A model generated the notes under the pieces. That model did no database searches. It was not told where the DNA came from and saw nothing but the letters and a program-made list of their open reading frames with translations. From Phycisphaerae bacterium (GTDB taxonomy: Bacteria; Planctomycetota; Phycisphaerae; UBA1845; Fen-1342), in NCBI GenBank assembly GCA_963675745.2, contig CAXXWX010000012.1:1-64000 (forward strand): DNA of 64,000 bases. The letters are read 5' to 3'. The translations under genes were made by a program, and so were the position numbers. Within the stretch, counting starts at the first letter, position 1. Every line of letters begins with the position of its first letter. Of this stretch, positions 31,159 through 40,171 are shown in pieces.

Positions 31159-31301
31159 GATTGATCTCCGGATTGACCGTTGACGTGGTCTCTCAAGCTG
31201 AACGCATCATATCCAGGTGGCGCCGGCTTCTCGCCTGCGACGCCCGGTGTTGCTGGGGGCTTGATACTTCGTTGCCGATTGGCAGCCCGAAGGAACGTCG
31301 C

Positions 31302-33494
31302 CTATTCGCTGTCGGGGCGCGGCTTCTCATGCGGTGGCTGAGGTGTTGCCGCGACCTCGGCCAGTTTCTTCCGCGGCTTCAATTTCTTGTCGGCCAAGCC
31401 GGGGAAGTCCGCGGCGTACCGGAAACTGCAGAAAATCCCGCCCGGTCCGCCCGGTCCGCCCGGCCCACCCGGTCCGGCACCTGGTCCATCTGGCCCGGGG
31501 GCGCCAGGTCTGCCACCTGGTCCGCCAGGGCCTCGACGATCATCGCGCCGACGCGTGCCATCAGCGCCATCTCCACCAGGAGGGCCAAAACCGCCCGGCG
31601 GCCCGAAGCCCGGTGGAGGACCGGCCCCGGGGCCTCGTTTGAAGAACTCCTCCCCTTCCTTCAGTTGCGCCTTCTGCCGTTCGGTCCAGATCTTCCCGAG
31701 CTGCTCGTCCACATGTTGCTGTATCTGCTCAAGCTCGGCGCGCTGGGTTTCAGACAGCGCCAGCTTGTCCGCCAGGACCTCCGGGATCACCGTGCCGAGA
31801 TGCGGCGGCTGGAAGCCTCCAGAACCTGGGCCGCGCGGCCTGCGGGGCCGATTCCGGGGCGGTTCATGTTGCCGGCCAGGCCCGCCGGGACCGCCGAACA
31901 TGAGTTTCATGGGGTCTTCGAGTTTACGCCGTTGTTCATCGGTCAACAGGCGCGCCAGCTTCGCATCGACCTCTGACTGCAACTTCTCGATCGACTGCTT
32001 CTGTGAATCCGTCACCATCAAGACATGCTGAAGGAATTCCGGCACCAGCTCACCAGGGCGTGGCATGCCGCCGGGCCCGCCGGGGTTTCCGCCGCCGGGG
32101 TGTTGATACTGCCAGACGATCTCGCCGTCCGGCGTGACTTCGAAAAGCCGAGCCTGGTTGCCCGAACAGATGAGCGTGTTCCCATTCGGCAGACGTTGGG
32201 CGCCGGAAATCAACATCGAGAAGAAGTCCGACTTTTTCGGAGCCGTGTATGACCATGTCGCTTGGTCGGGGGCAAACGGGGTGTTCTGCTTGTGGTAGGC
32301 ACCGTCTGCGCCGATCGGCGTCTCAATCTCGTCGACCGACGAGTACATTCCGTCGGTCCGTCCGCCACCGTTGTTGAAGACGAGCACGTGGCCGGCTCCC
32401 GGCAAACCGTCGTCGATCCAATGGGCCGAGTGTTGAGCGAACAACCGCTGATCGGATCGCGAACCCTGGCGGTATGCCTGCGGATTGCCCCAGCGATACA
32501 GCAGATCTCCGCCCTTGCCGCTGCGGCCGCCCTGGTGGGATGCCGCCTCGGCTGTTGTCGTGCTGTGATCGATCACCCAGATTTCACTGAACTCATGCAC
32601 GCTGATCATGATCTGATCGAGCGCGGGGTTGTATGCGACGAAATTCACATGCATCCAGTCGCCCCCTCCCGGTCCACCGCCGTTGCGTCCGCGCTGATCC
32701 TGCGCAGGCTCATCGTCGTCAGCGTCACCGCCGACGTAGCCCAGAGAGCGCAACTTCCTTAGCTGCACAGGATCCTGCATCATGCGGTCCATCATGCCGG
32801 AGCCGAAGTTGACATCGATCAACTCGGGATGTTCGGGCACATCGCCGAAGTTGGGCCTGGTCTCGTCGATATCCTGAATCAGGTGATCCCAGGCGTGCCA
32901 GCGCCAGACAATCTCGCCGGTGGTCCTGCCGGTCGGCTTTATCTCAAGCACGCACTCCGCGAGCATTTGAGAGTCGACCGAATCCGGCCAGCGTCCGGCC
33001 GCAATGGCCTCGTCCTTCGTCTTTGGGTCGGACGCGACGACCAGCGTGTTTCCGTTAGGCAGCCGGCAGATGTCGTGGTGCGGGCGGAGCTTGCTGTCGG
33101 CGAAGCGGTAGTCCCAGACCAGCTCACCCTCCCAGGTGAACTCCTGGATGCGACCACCGGCGCCGGGGCCGCCGCCGCCGAGTCCGTGTTCGGCGGCGGG
33201 TCGCAGCAGATTTCCGTTGTCGAGCAGGTACGCGCTGAGGGCGGGCGAGTATTCACTCTTCCACTCGTTGACAATCCGGCCCTCCATATCGATCAGATAC
33301 GTGGAGGTTGCGTTCATGGGAGCCACCAGCGTGTATCCCTGGAATGCGGCCGGGGCGTTGACGGTTACGCCGTCCCGCTCGTCTTCAGGCTGATTGCCGT
33401 TTGGCTGTAGCGCCGCTGTCCGTGGCGAAAGCGGCACGGCCACCACCAGGAGCATGAGCGCGGGAAAGACGGCGAAACTGTCCAGGAGCTTCAT
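31302..33494 (-). CDS. Aryl-sulfate sulfotransferase (ASST)-like protein with an LTXXQ-like, Gly/Pro-rich tail
   Basis: GYTL..P, HHDICRLPNGNTL, DWMHVN, LLYRWGNP, QHSAHWI, ISGAQRLPNGNTLIC; signal peptide. Confidence 0.85.
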   Translation of the reverse strand: MKLLDSFAVFPALMLLVVAVPLSPRTAALQPNGNQPEDERDGVTVNAPAAFQGYTLVAPMNATSTYLIDMEGRIVNEWKSEYSPALSAYLLDNGNLLRPAAEHGLGGGGPGAGGRIQEFTWEGELVWDYRFADSKLRPHHDICRLPNGNTLVVASDPKTKDEAIAAGRWPDSVDSQMLAECVLEIKPTGRTTGEIVWRWHAWDHLIQDIDETRPNFGDVPEHPELIDVNFGSGMMDRMMQDPVQLRKLRSLGYVGGDADDDEPAQDQRGRNGGGPGGGDWMHVNFVAYNPALDQIMISVHEFSEIWVIDHSTTTAEAASHQGGRSGKGGDLLYRWGNPQAYRQGSRSDQRLFAQHSAHWIDDGLPGAGHVLVFNNGGGRTDGMYSSVDEIETPIGADGAYHKQNTPFAPDQATWSYTAPKKSDFFSMLISGAQRLPNGNTLICSGNQARLFEVTPDGEIVWQYQHPGGGNPGGPGGMPRPGELVPEFLQHVLMVTDSQKQSIEKLQSEVDAKLARLLTDEQRRKLEDPMKLMFGGPGGPGRQHEPPRNRPRRPRGPGSGGFQPPHLGTVIPEVLADKLALSETQRAELEQIQQHVDEQLGKIWTERQKAQLKEGEEFFKRGPGAGPPPGFGPPGGFGPPGGDGADGTRRRDDRRGPGGPGGRPGAPGPDGPGAGPGGPGGPGGPGGIFCSFRYAADFPGLADKKLKPRKKLAEVAATPQPPHEKPRPDSE

Positions 33495-33845
33495 CCTATT
33501 CTCCGAGGTTGGGTAAGATGCGCGGCAAGCGCATGGCTTGACTGCGCCCTCACCAGGAACACACGCACGGATCAACGATCCGCTCACTTGCCAAACCTGC
33601 GCAACCGCTCAGATTCGTCACCGCCGGAACTCGCCGAATTGTCGGCGCCAGGTTCCGTTTGAGCAATGAGGCTCGCGATTCTCTATTCATACCAGAAGAA
33701 CATGAAGCGAACGTGAATCCCGGTGTCGAATGGGGCAATGACACCGATCGAACGCCGCTATCGCCGCTCGCCAGGTCGGCGATTGTGTGCGCCAGGGTCT
33801 CGCGCGGCACGGCGCTGCCTTGGATGACATCAGATCGCGTTGCGC

Positions 33846-35297
33846 TCACCTGCGGGCACCGTTGCCCCGAACGGATTGCCCCCGGCGCAAGCGGCGGAAC
33901 GCCTCGGTGACGAGCTTGCGCGTGTGCCGGTGGTCCACGATCGGGCGGGGATACTCGATGCCTTTCGAAGGTCGCTCGGGGAGTTGATGGAGCTGGTCGG
34001 CGGTCAATCCCGCCAGCTCGGGGACAAACCGTCGGGTGAAGTCACCCTCCGGGTCGTAGCGGCGGCTCTGGCTGGAGGGGTTGAACACGCGGAAGTAGGG
34101 TGCCGCGTCGGTGCCGGTCGAGGCCGACCATTGCCAGCCGCCGTTGTTGCTGGCGAAATCGCCGTCCACCAGGTGCCGCATGAAGTGCCGTTCGCCCAAG
34201 CGCCAGTCGATGAACAGATCCTTGGTAAGGAACATCGCGGCGATCATCCGCAGCCGGTTGTGCATCCAACCGGTCTGGGCCAGTTGCCGCATCCCGGCAT
34301 CCACAATCGGGTACCCGGTCCGTCCCGCGCACCAGGCGGCGAAGTGCTCGTCGTCGTAACGCCACGGCAGACCGTCCGTTTCCGTTTTGAAGGGCCGGCC
34401 CATGCACACGCGGGGAAAGCCGATCAGTACGTGCCGGTAGAACTCGCGCCAAGCCAGCTCGCTGATCCAGGTTGTCATGCCCTGCTGGCCCGAGTCGAGC
34501 CGGCCGTGGTTGGCGTCGAGGGCTGCGCGCAGGCATTGTCTGGGCGACAACACACCGGCGGCCAGGTAGGGCGAGAGTGTGCTGGTGCCGTCAACACCCG
34601 GATAATCGCGGGCCACGTGATAGTCGCCGATTCTCCGCGAGACGAAGGCCGTGAGTCGCTTGCGGGCCACCGCCTCGCCTGCCGGCCACAGGTCGGCACG
34701 ACGCTGACCGGTGAACCCCCTGAGTCTGGCTGGAACGGCGTCGGGTTTGATCCCGAGATCCTGTCGGCGGCGCGGCGTCGGCCGGAGTGGCGGTGTTCCT
34801 CCTTCGTTCAGGACCTCACACCACTTGCGTCTGAATGGCGTGAACACCGTGTACCAGCCGCCGGCCTTGGTGCGCAAGCTACCGACGTTAACAATGATCT
34901 GGTCGGTGAATGCGTGAACGCTCCGGCCGCACTTCTCAAACAAGGTTGTGGCCGCGCGGTCACGTTGCAGCTCGTTGACCTCATACTCCCTGTTGAAGTA
35001 CAGGGCTTCGCAAGCGTGTCGTCTGGCGAGGTTGAGGAGCTTGCTCGGAACCTCGTCGAAACGATCGGCCCGGATGAGTCGGAGAGGGATGTTGAGTTCA
35101 GCAAGGGCCTTTGACAACGCGCTGACGCTGCGCAGCACGAAGTCCACCTTCATACAACCCCAGTCGTGATCGGCCCACTGCGCGGGGCAGATCGCGAAGA
35201 CGGCGATGACACCCTCATTCGCGGCCTTGCAGGCATGGTGCAGAGCCGTATTGTCCCGCACGCGCAAGTCAGATCGAAACCACATCAGGGCCCGCAT
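33846..35297 (-). CDS. phrB: Deoxyribodipyrimidine (CPD class I) photolyase
   Basis: WFRSDLRVRDNTAL, YTVFTPF, TSTLSPYL, ELAWREFY, GRTGYPIVDAGMRQL, WMHNRLRM, DGDFASNNGGWQW, YFRVFNP. Confidence 0.96.
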   Translation of the reverse strand: MRALMWFRSDLRVRDNTALHHACKAANEGVIAVFAICPAQWADHDWGCMKVDFVLRSVSALSKALAELNIPLRLIRADRFDEVPSKLLNLARRHACEALYFNREYEVNELQRDRAATTLFEKCGRSVHAFTDQIIVNVGSLRTKAGGWYTVFTPFRRKWCEVLNEGGTPPLRPTPRRRQDLGIKPDAVPARLRGFTGQRRADLWPAGEAVARKRLTAFVSRRIGDYHVARDYPGVDGTSTLSPYLAAGVLSPRQCLRAALDANHGRLDSGQQGMTTWISELAWREFYRHVLIGFPRVCMGRPFKTETDGLPWRYDDEHFAAWCAGRTGYPIVDAGMRQLAQTGWMHNRLRMIAAMFLTKDLFIDWRLGERHFMRHLVDGDFASNNGGWQWSASTGTDAAPYFRVFNPSSQSRRYDPEGDFTRRFVPELAGLTADQLHQLPERPSKGIEYPRPIVDHRHTRKLVTEAFRRLRRGQSVRGNGARR

Positions 35298-35429
35298 GTC
35301 TCAGCTACTCCGAAGGGGATGCACGAGCTTGCCCTTCGGCCGGCGGCGCAGGCGTCGGGCGCGGGCACCCAGGGTGTGTGCTGACTCGCCTGCAAGTTCG
35401 ACCATCGAAACGCCATCCAGCCGGCTCGA

Positions 35430-36749
35430 TTATTCAACCTCGGGCAGCGTCGCGCCGGTGGCGACGCCGAGAAGCCCGCAAACTGACAACAGCAGGATAA
35501 TCCCCGCGGGCGTGATGATGATGCTGAGCGGGGCCAGCACCGCGGTCATGAGCAGGATGACGCCGATCACCGTGTTGCTGACCGCCACGTAGTCGGTGCG
35601 GCGGTTGCCGCCGGCCATGTCCACGACGTATGTTTTGCGTCCGAGCCGCACACCGCTGTGGGCGATCCCCAACAGGAAGAACGCCGCGGGGTAGGTCCAG
35701 ACGGAATCGCGCAGCGGAGAATCAAAGGTGGCAACCGCGGCGACCACCAGCCCGACGACGGCCGCCCACGCCGACGCGACCAACAGCACGCGCCGGCTGG
35801 AAACGTCGGCCCAGATGCCCCAGAACGAGGCGCTGAGGCTCGCGGCCAGCGCGTTGGCCAGCACAAACCAGCCGAGCGAGGCAAGGTCAAGTCCATGCCG
35901 CTGCTGAGCAAGCACCACGTAGTACGGAGCTGACAAGGCGGAACAGAGCAGCAGGGCGCGGGTAATGACGAACCTGCGGAACTGGCGATCGGTTCGCAAG
36001 AGGTCCAGCCGTTTGAGCGCCTCGGAGAATGCGTTGCCGCCGCCTGCGGTTTCGCCGGCGAACTCCCTGATGTTGCCGTACACCAGCGCCGCCAGGAACC
36101 ACAGGGCGGCCGCCGTGCTGAGCAGGGTGAAGTAGAACATCGGCGAGTCGGAGCCGGGCGCGCGCGTTCCCAGATAAAGTCCGAGCAGAATCGCCGCCAG
36201 TCCCGAGATGGTCGCCCCCAGTCCGCTGACCCGACCGCGGCGCGTCTTCGGGATTGTCTTGCCGAGCACGTCTTTGGAGGCAACCGAGTTCAGCCCGCGC
36301 GAGAGACTGAACACCGCCAGCAGCAGGACGATTAGCCAACCCGCCGTCGCCCCCGTCGAGACGGCCGCGACCACGCCGATGCCCAGTACAGCCAGCGCCT
36401 GGAGCACGCTGCCGATTACCCAGACCGTCTTTCGCTTGGGCATGCGGCGGACAAAGCTGGCGATAAACAGTTGAGGGACCAGTGACCCGGATTCTCGAAG
36501 GGGCACCAGGAATGCAACCAGCGCGCTCGGCGCTCCGACAAAGCCCAGCAGCCAGGTCAGCACGGTTTTGGGGTTCGCCAGATGATCTCCCAGGTTGCTC
36601 AACGTCTGGCAGATGGCGATGAGATAGAAGTTGCGCGGTACGTACCGGCAAGCGTCCTCCGAGATATCCGTGCAGACCCGGGCGTCTTCCTCACTGGCAA
36701 TCGCCTCGTAGGTCCGATCACGCCGGCTTGGTCCAGTTGCTAGTTCCAT
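35430..36749 (-). CDS. MFS transporter
   Basis: About 12 TM segments; EEDARVC.DI...AC, PLRESGSLVPQL, KDVLGKTIPKTRRG, RLGRKTYVVDMA. Confidence 0.85.
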   Translation of the reverse strand: MELATGPSRRDRTYEAIASEEDARVCTDISEDACRYVPRNFYLIAICQTLSNLGDHLANPKTVLTWLLGFVGAPSALVAFLVPLRESGSLVPQLFIASFVRRMPKRKTVWVIGSVLQALAVLGIGVVAAVSTGATAGWLIVLLLAVFSLSRGLNSVASKDVLGKTIPKTRRGRVSGLGATISGLAAILLGLYLGTRAPGSDSPMFYFTLLSTAAALWFLAALVYGNIREFAGETAGGGNAFSEALKRLDLLRTDRQFRRFVITRALLLCSALSAPYYVVLAQQRHGLDLASLGWFVLANALAASLSASFWGIWADVSSRRVLLVASAWAAVVGLVVAAVATFDSPLRDSVWTYPAAFFLLGIAHSGVRLGRKTYVVDMAGGNRRTDYVAVSNTVIGVILLMTAVLAPLSIIITPAGIILLLSVCGLLGVATGATLPEVE

Positions 36750-38256
36750 CGATCATCTCGCAGAGTGACAACCAGCCGACTTTTCGGCAGCGCGGCGAAT
36801 TCCCTCTGAGCATGCCTTCGAACACAAGACCGTGCATCGGCATCACGGCGTACCAATACGCCAAACCCATCAGCCCCCGCGGCTTGAAGCGCGCCGTTTG
36901 CGTCAGCCTGCACGCTTCGGTGTCACGCTCATCAGGGCATATCTCGAAACTTAGCAGCGCCTCGCCGGGCAGTTTCATCTCGGCCCGTAGTTCGAGGCGC
37001 CGACCGGGCTCAACTCCGGTCACGCGCCAGAAATCCAGCGCCTCGCCGTACCAGAGTCGTTCAGAGTCGCGCCGGCCGCGGCGCAGGCCCGGGCCGCCAA
37101 CGAGTCGGTCGATCCAGCCGCGCAGGCGCCACAACCAATCGGCCGCGTAGTAGCCGTGATCGCCTCCGATTCTGGACACGGTGCAGTATACGTCCTCCGG
37201 TCGCGCATTCACGCCGGTTGAGCGACGGTCGACAAAGACCGTACCGCCCGACCAGTCGGGATCGCCGGACATCGGTCCCGCGTCGGACCACGCCGTCTCG
37301 ATGTGGTGGGCGCGCGTATTGCCCAGAGCGGCGTCGATAGCTTCGCGGATCGTCAGCAGGCGTTGCGGCATCAGACGAACCGCCGAATCATCCCGGCAGA
37401 CCACGCGATTGCGCAGACCCTCTGCCAGCGGGCGCGCGATCCGATGGCTGATCGGCGTCACCAGGTGGATCCAGAGCGAGCTTAGTCGCGGCGTCAGGAC
37501 CGGCACCGGGATAATGACGCGCCGGCGCACGCCGAGTGCCTGGGCCATGACCTGCATGATCTCGCGGTAGGTCATCACTTCGGCGCCGCCGATGTCAATG
37601 GTGTTGCCCACGGTGTCCGGGCAATTCAGGCAGGCAACCAGGTAGTGCAGGACATTCTGAATCGCGATCGGTTGTGACGCGGTGCTGACCCAGCGGGGCG
37701 TTATCATCACGGGCAGCCGTTCCACCAGGTATCGCAGAATTTCGAACGAGGCCGAACCGGAGCCGATGATCATCGCCGCGCGCAAGACCGTTACCGGCAC
37801 CGGCCCCGACGCCAGCGCGTTTTCGACCTCGCGCCGAGAGGCAAGATGTTCGCTGAGTCCCTGACCAGTCTCGCCCAGCCCGCCGAGGTAGATGATGCGA
37901 TCCAGGCGCGCTTTCGCCGCAGCCTCAGCGAATGTCGTCGCCAACCTGCGGTCGTGTTCACGATAATTATGGCCGGCGGCCATCATCGAGTGGACCAGGT
38001 AGTACGCCGCACCGCATCCTGTCATAGCCTCGGCGAGCGCTTGCCGATCGCTGACATCGCAGCGCACTACCTCGACGTTGGTGTCGCCAATCCACTCGCG
38101 CGAATCCAGCTTACGCGGCTCGCGTGCCAGGCAACGGACGCGATGCCCGGCCGCCAGCAGCCGCGCGACAAGTCGTCCGCCGATGTAGCCGCTGGCACCG
38201 GTCACAAGGACCGGCCTCTGTCCACGATCGGCGTTCGCATCGGCGTTTGTCATCAT
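36718..38256 (-). CDS. SDR/NAD(P)-binding oxidoreductase with DUF2867 (YbjT-like)
   Basis: VLVTGASGYIGG, AYYLVHSM, HLASRREVE, IIGSGSASFE, DFWRV, AEMKLPGEA; probable +1 frameshift near 36803. Confidence 0.88.
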   Translation of the reverse strand: MMTNADANADRGQRPVLVTGASGYIGGRLVARLLAAGHRVRCLAREPRKLDSREWIGDTNVEVVRCDVSDRQALAEAMTGCGAAYYLVHSMMAAGHNYREHDRRLATTFAEAAAKARLDRIIYLGGLGETGQGLSEHLASRREVENALASGPVPVTVLRAAMIIGSGSASFEILRYLVERLPVMITPRWVSTASQPIAIQNVLHYLVACLNCPDTVGNTIDIGGAEVMTYREIMQVMAQALGVRRRVIIPVPVLTPRLSSLWIHLVTPISHRIARPLAEGLRNRVVCRDDSAVRLMPQRLLTIREAIDAALGNTRAHHIETAWSDAGPMSGDPDWSGGTVFVDRRSTGVNARPEDVYCTVSRIGGDHGYYAADWLWRLRGWIDRLVGGPGLRRGRRDSERLWYGEALDFWRVTGVEPGRRLELRAEMKLPGEALLSFEICPDERDTEACRLTQTARFKPRGLMGLAYWYAVMPMHGLVFEGMLRGNSPRCRKVGWLSLCEMIDGTSNWTKPA

Positions 38257-38385
38257 GCGTTTGATCCCGGCCGCCTGGGCGGGACAGCGTGTCAGAAGAG
38301 CCAAGTTCCCTGCTGGTCTGATTGCGCGGCAGCCATTGCTCGTCTCGACGCATCCATGCCGCGTTTGAAGGCTATTCCAAGGGCA

Positions 38386-39309
38386 TCAAGCGGATGCGGG
38401 GGGGCTGTTTGTGATCACTACGTTCCGGCGCCGGCCGCCAAAAAGCCGGTTCTGCAGCGCCGTCCATAGCGCGGAACTCCCGAGGTTGTCGACAAACTCG
38501 AGCATCAGGATGCTCACGTCGTCGTGCTGTAGCCGGGGGTCGTTCGAGTGCTGGCGCAGCTCTTCAATGATCGCCGGCACCAGGACCTGGGGCGCACGAT
38601 CGGGCGTGGCCTTCAGGATATCGGCGAGACGCCTTCGACCGAACAACTCGCCAGTCTTGTCGGGGACCTCCAGGACTCCATCCGTGATTATGAGTATCCG
38701 ATCGCCGAATGCCGCGCGCCGCACGCATCGCGTGTAGCGTGTTCGCGGGTCGGCGGCCAGGACGATATCGAACAGTCCTTTCCGCGGGACAGGTTCGAGT
38801 AGTGACCAGCATCGCGCCGCCGCCTCGTAGTACCAGGCCGGCTCATGTCCGGCGTAGCTGATCGACATTCGTCGAGTGGGCGGGAAGTACGTGAGCGCGG
38901 CGGCCGTCGTGAATGACCCGTTGTCGAGTTTCGACAGGCGGAGATTCAATTGTCGCAGGACCTTGCGTTCGTCCATGCGGTTTACGGAGCGCCGCAGCAG
39001 ATCGTGCATGGTCTGGCTGATGACGGCCACGCTCTCGCCGTGTCCGGTGACATCTGCAAGGCACGCCCGTGAGATCAGGCCCGAGCCACAGACGGAGAGA
39101 TAGTGTACGTCGCCGCCCCGCGCACCCTCACAGGACTGCGAGAACAGCACGCCGCGCAGGCCGGGCAGTTCGATCGGGCCGTCGAAAGTCTGGTTGCCGC
39201 CCCAGACTTCGTTGCAGACGAGCCCCACCGATTCACCACCCATTTGCAAGGGGCCGCCGACTGGCACAGTCGCTTTACCTGGGTCGGGAGCTTCGCTCAT
39301 TTGAGCCAT
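38386..39309 (-). CDS. Stand-alone PP2C/SpoIIE-family phosphatase
   Basis: EVWGGN, GGDVHY, LADVTGHG, YAGHEP, ITDGVLE, HDDVSIL; no sensor domain. Confidence 0.88.
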   Translation of the reverse strand: MAQMSEAPDPGKATVPVGGPLQMGGESVGLVCNEVWGGNQTFDGPIELPGLRGVLFSQSCEGARGGDVHYLSVCGSGLISRACLADVTGHGESVAVISQTMHDLLRRSVNRMDERKVLRQLNLRLSKLDNGSFTTAAALTYFPPTRRMSISYAGHEPAWYYEAAARCWSLLEPVPRKGLFDIVLAADPRTRYTRCVRRAAFGDRILIITDGVLEVPDKTGELFGRRRLADILKATPDRAPQVLVPAIIEELRQHSNDPRLQHDDVSILMLEFVDNLGSSALWTALQNRLFGGRRRNVVITNSPPASA

Positions 39310-39531
39310 CCTTCGCGTTACAATCCCGCCCGCAGCGTTCGCGTGCGGATATCGACGGCGTTGCGCGGCGCCCCATCCGGTGCGACTGGAACGGTCCGTT
39401 GCCGGGCCCTGACCGCGCCGGCCGGCGAGGCATCCTCAACATCGGCTGGTGTAATGATACGGGGCCACCTGCCACTTGGGCAGGTGGCGTTCGCCTCAAT
39501 CCCAACCGGCGAGCCCGTATCTAACAGGCTA

Positions 39532-39558
39532 TTCGCCCGGGCGATGACTCTGGATTCA
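39532..39558 (-). promoter_or_regulatory. Putative ECF promoter TGAATCCA-N15-CGAA (PP2C-SDR-MFS-phrB unit)
   Basis: Reverse complement reads TGAATCCA GAGTCATCGCCCGGG CGAA. Confidence 0.7.
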
Positions 39559-39600
39559 GATTTTTCGCAAAACGCGGGGCAATGTGCTGCGTCAGGAGCC

Positions 39601-40029
39601 ATCCGCACGCGCTCCGGCCAGGTCATGCTCTATCAACTGACCGATGCCGGGCGGACCGTCTGCGCCGACGTCGGTATTCACGCCGGCCCCGCCCCGCGCG
39701 TCAGCCTCGAACATCGCTATTGGGCGCGCCGGGCGGCCGACATGTTCGACCACCGGGGTTTCGAAGTCACGCACGAGTATGCCGTCCAGGGCAACGGCAC
39801 CGTGGATGTGCTAGCAGAGCGCCCGGGCGAGCGGATCGCGATCGAGATCGAAACTGGAAAGTCCGATATCTCCGCCAACCTCGCCAAGCTCCGCAACGCG
39901 GGCTTTGACCGGGTCGTCTTGCTGGCTACGTCTCCATCCGCGGTTACCGCCTGCCAGCGCGCGATCGCACAAGTGCCGGCCGACCACGCACTTCCGGTCG
40001 AGCAACTGACTTGGCTGGACGTTTCTTGA
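39601..40029 (+). pseudogene. C-terminal fragment with a PD-(D/E)xK nuclease-like domain
   Basis: LTDAG (wHTH end), SLEHRYW, VDVLAE...IAIEIETGKSD; the upstream part of ORF 39103..40029 overlaps PP2C and looks non-coding. Confidence 0.6.
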
Positions 40030-40171
40030 AGGGCCTGCAAGTCCGCTTTCCATTGTGTCAGGTGGCCGATTTTGCTAACTTCCGGATTGGAGACCGGTTA
40101 CGCCCAGGTGACCTTCCAGAAGAAGGGGGCGACCTTTTCTCGTTCGTGCTGATGTCCGGAGGGATGACGCG

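Noticed and set aside
36718..36810. Meaningful C-terminal extension of the SDR overlapping the MFS gene
   Set aside because: Removing one base in a G run restores a typical ...MLRGIRRAAE end; probably an indel or sequencing error.
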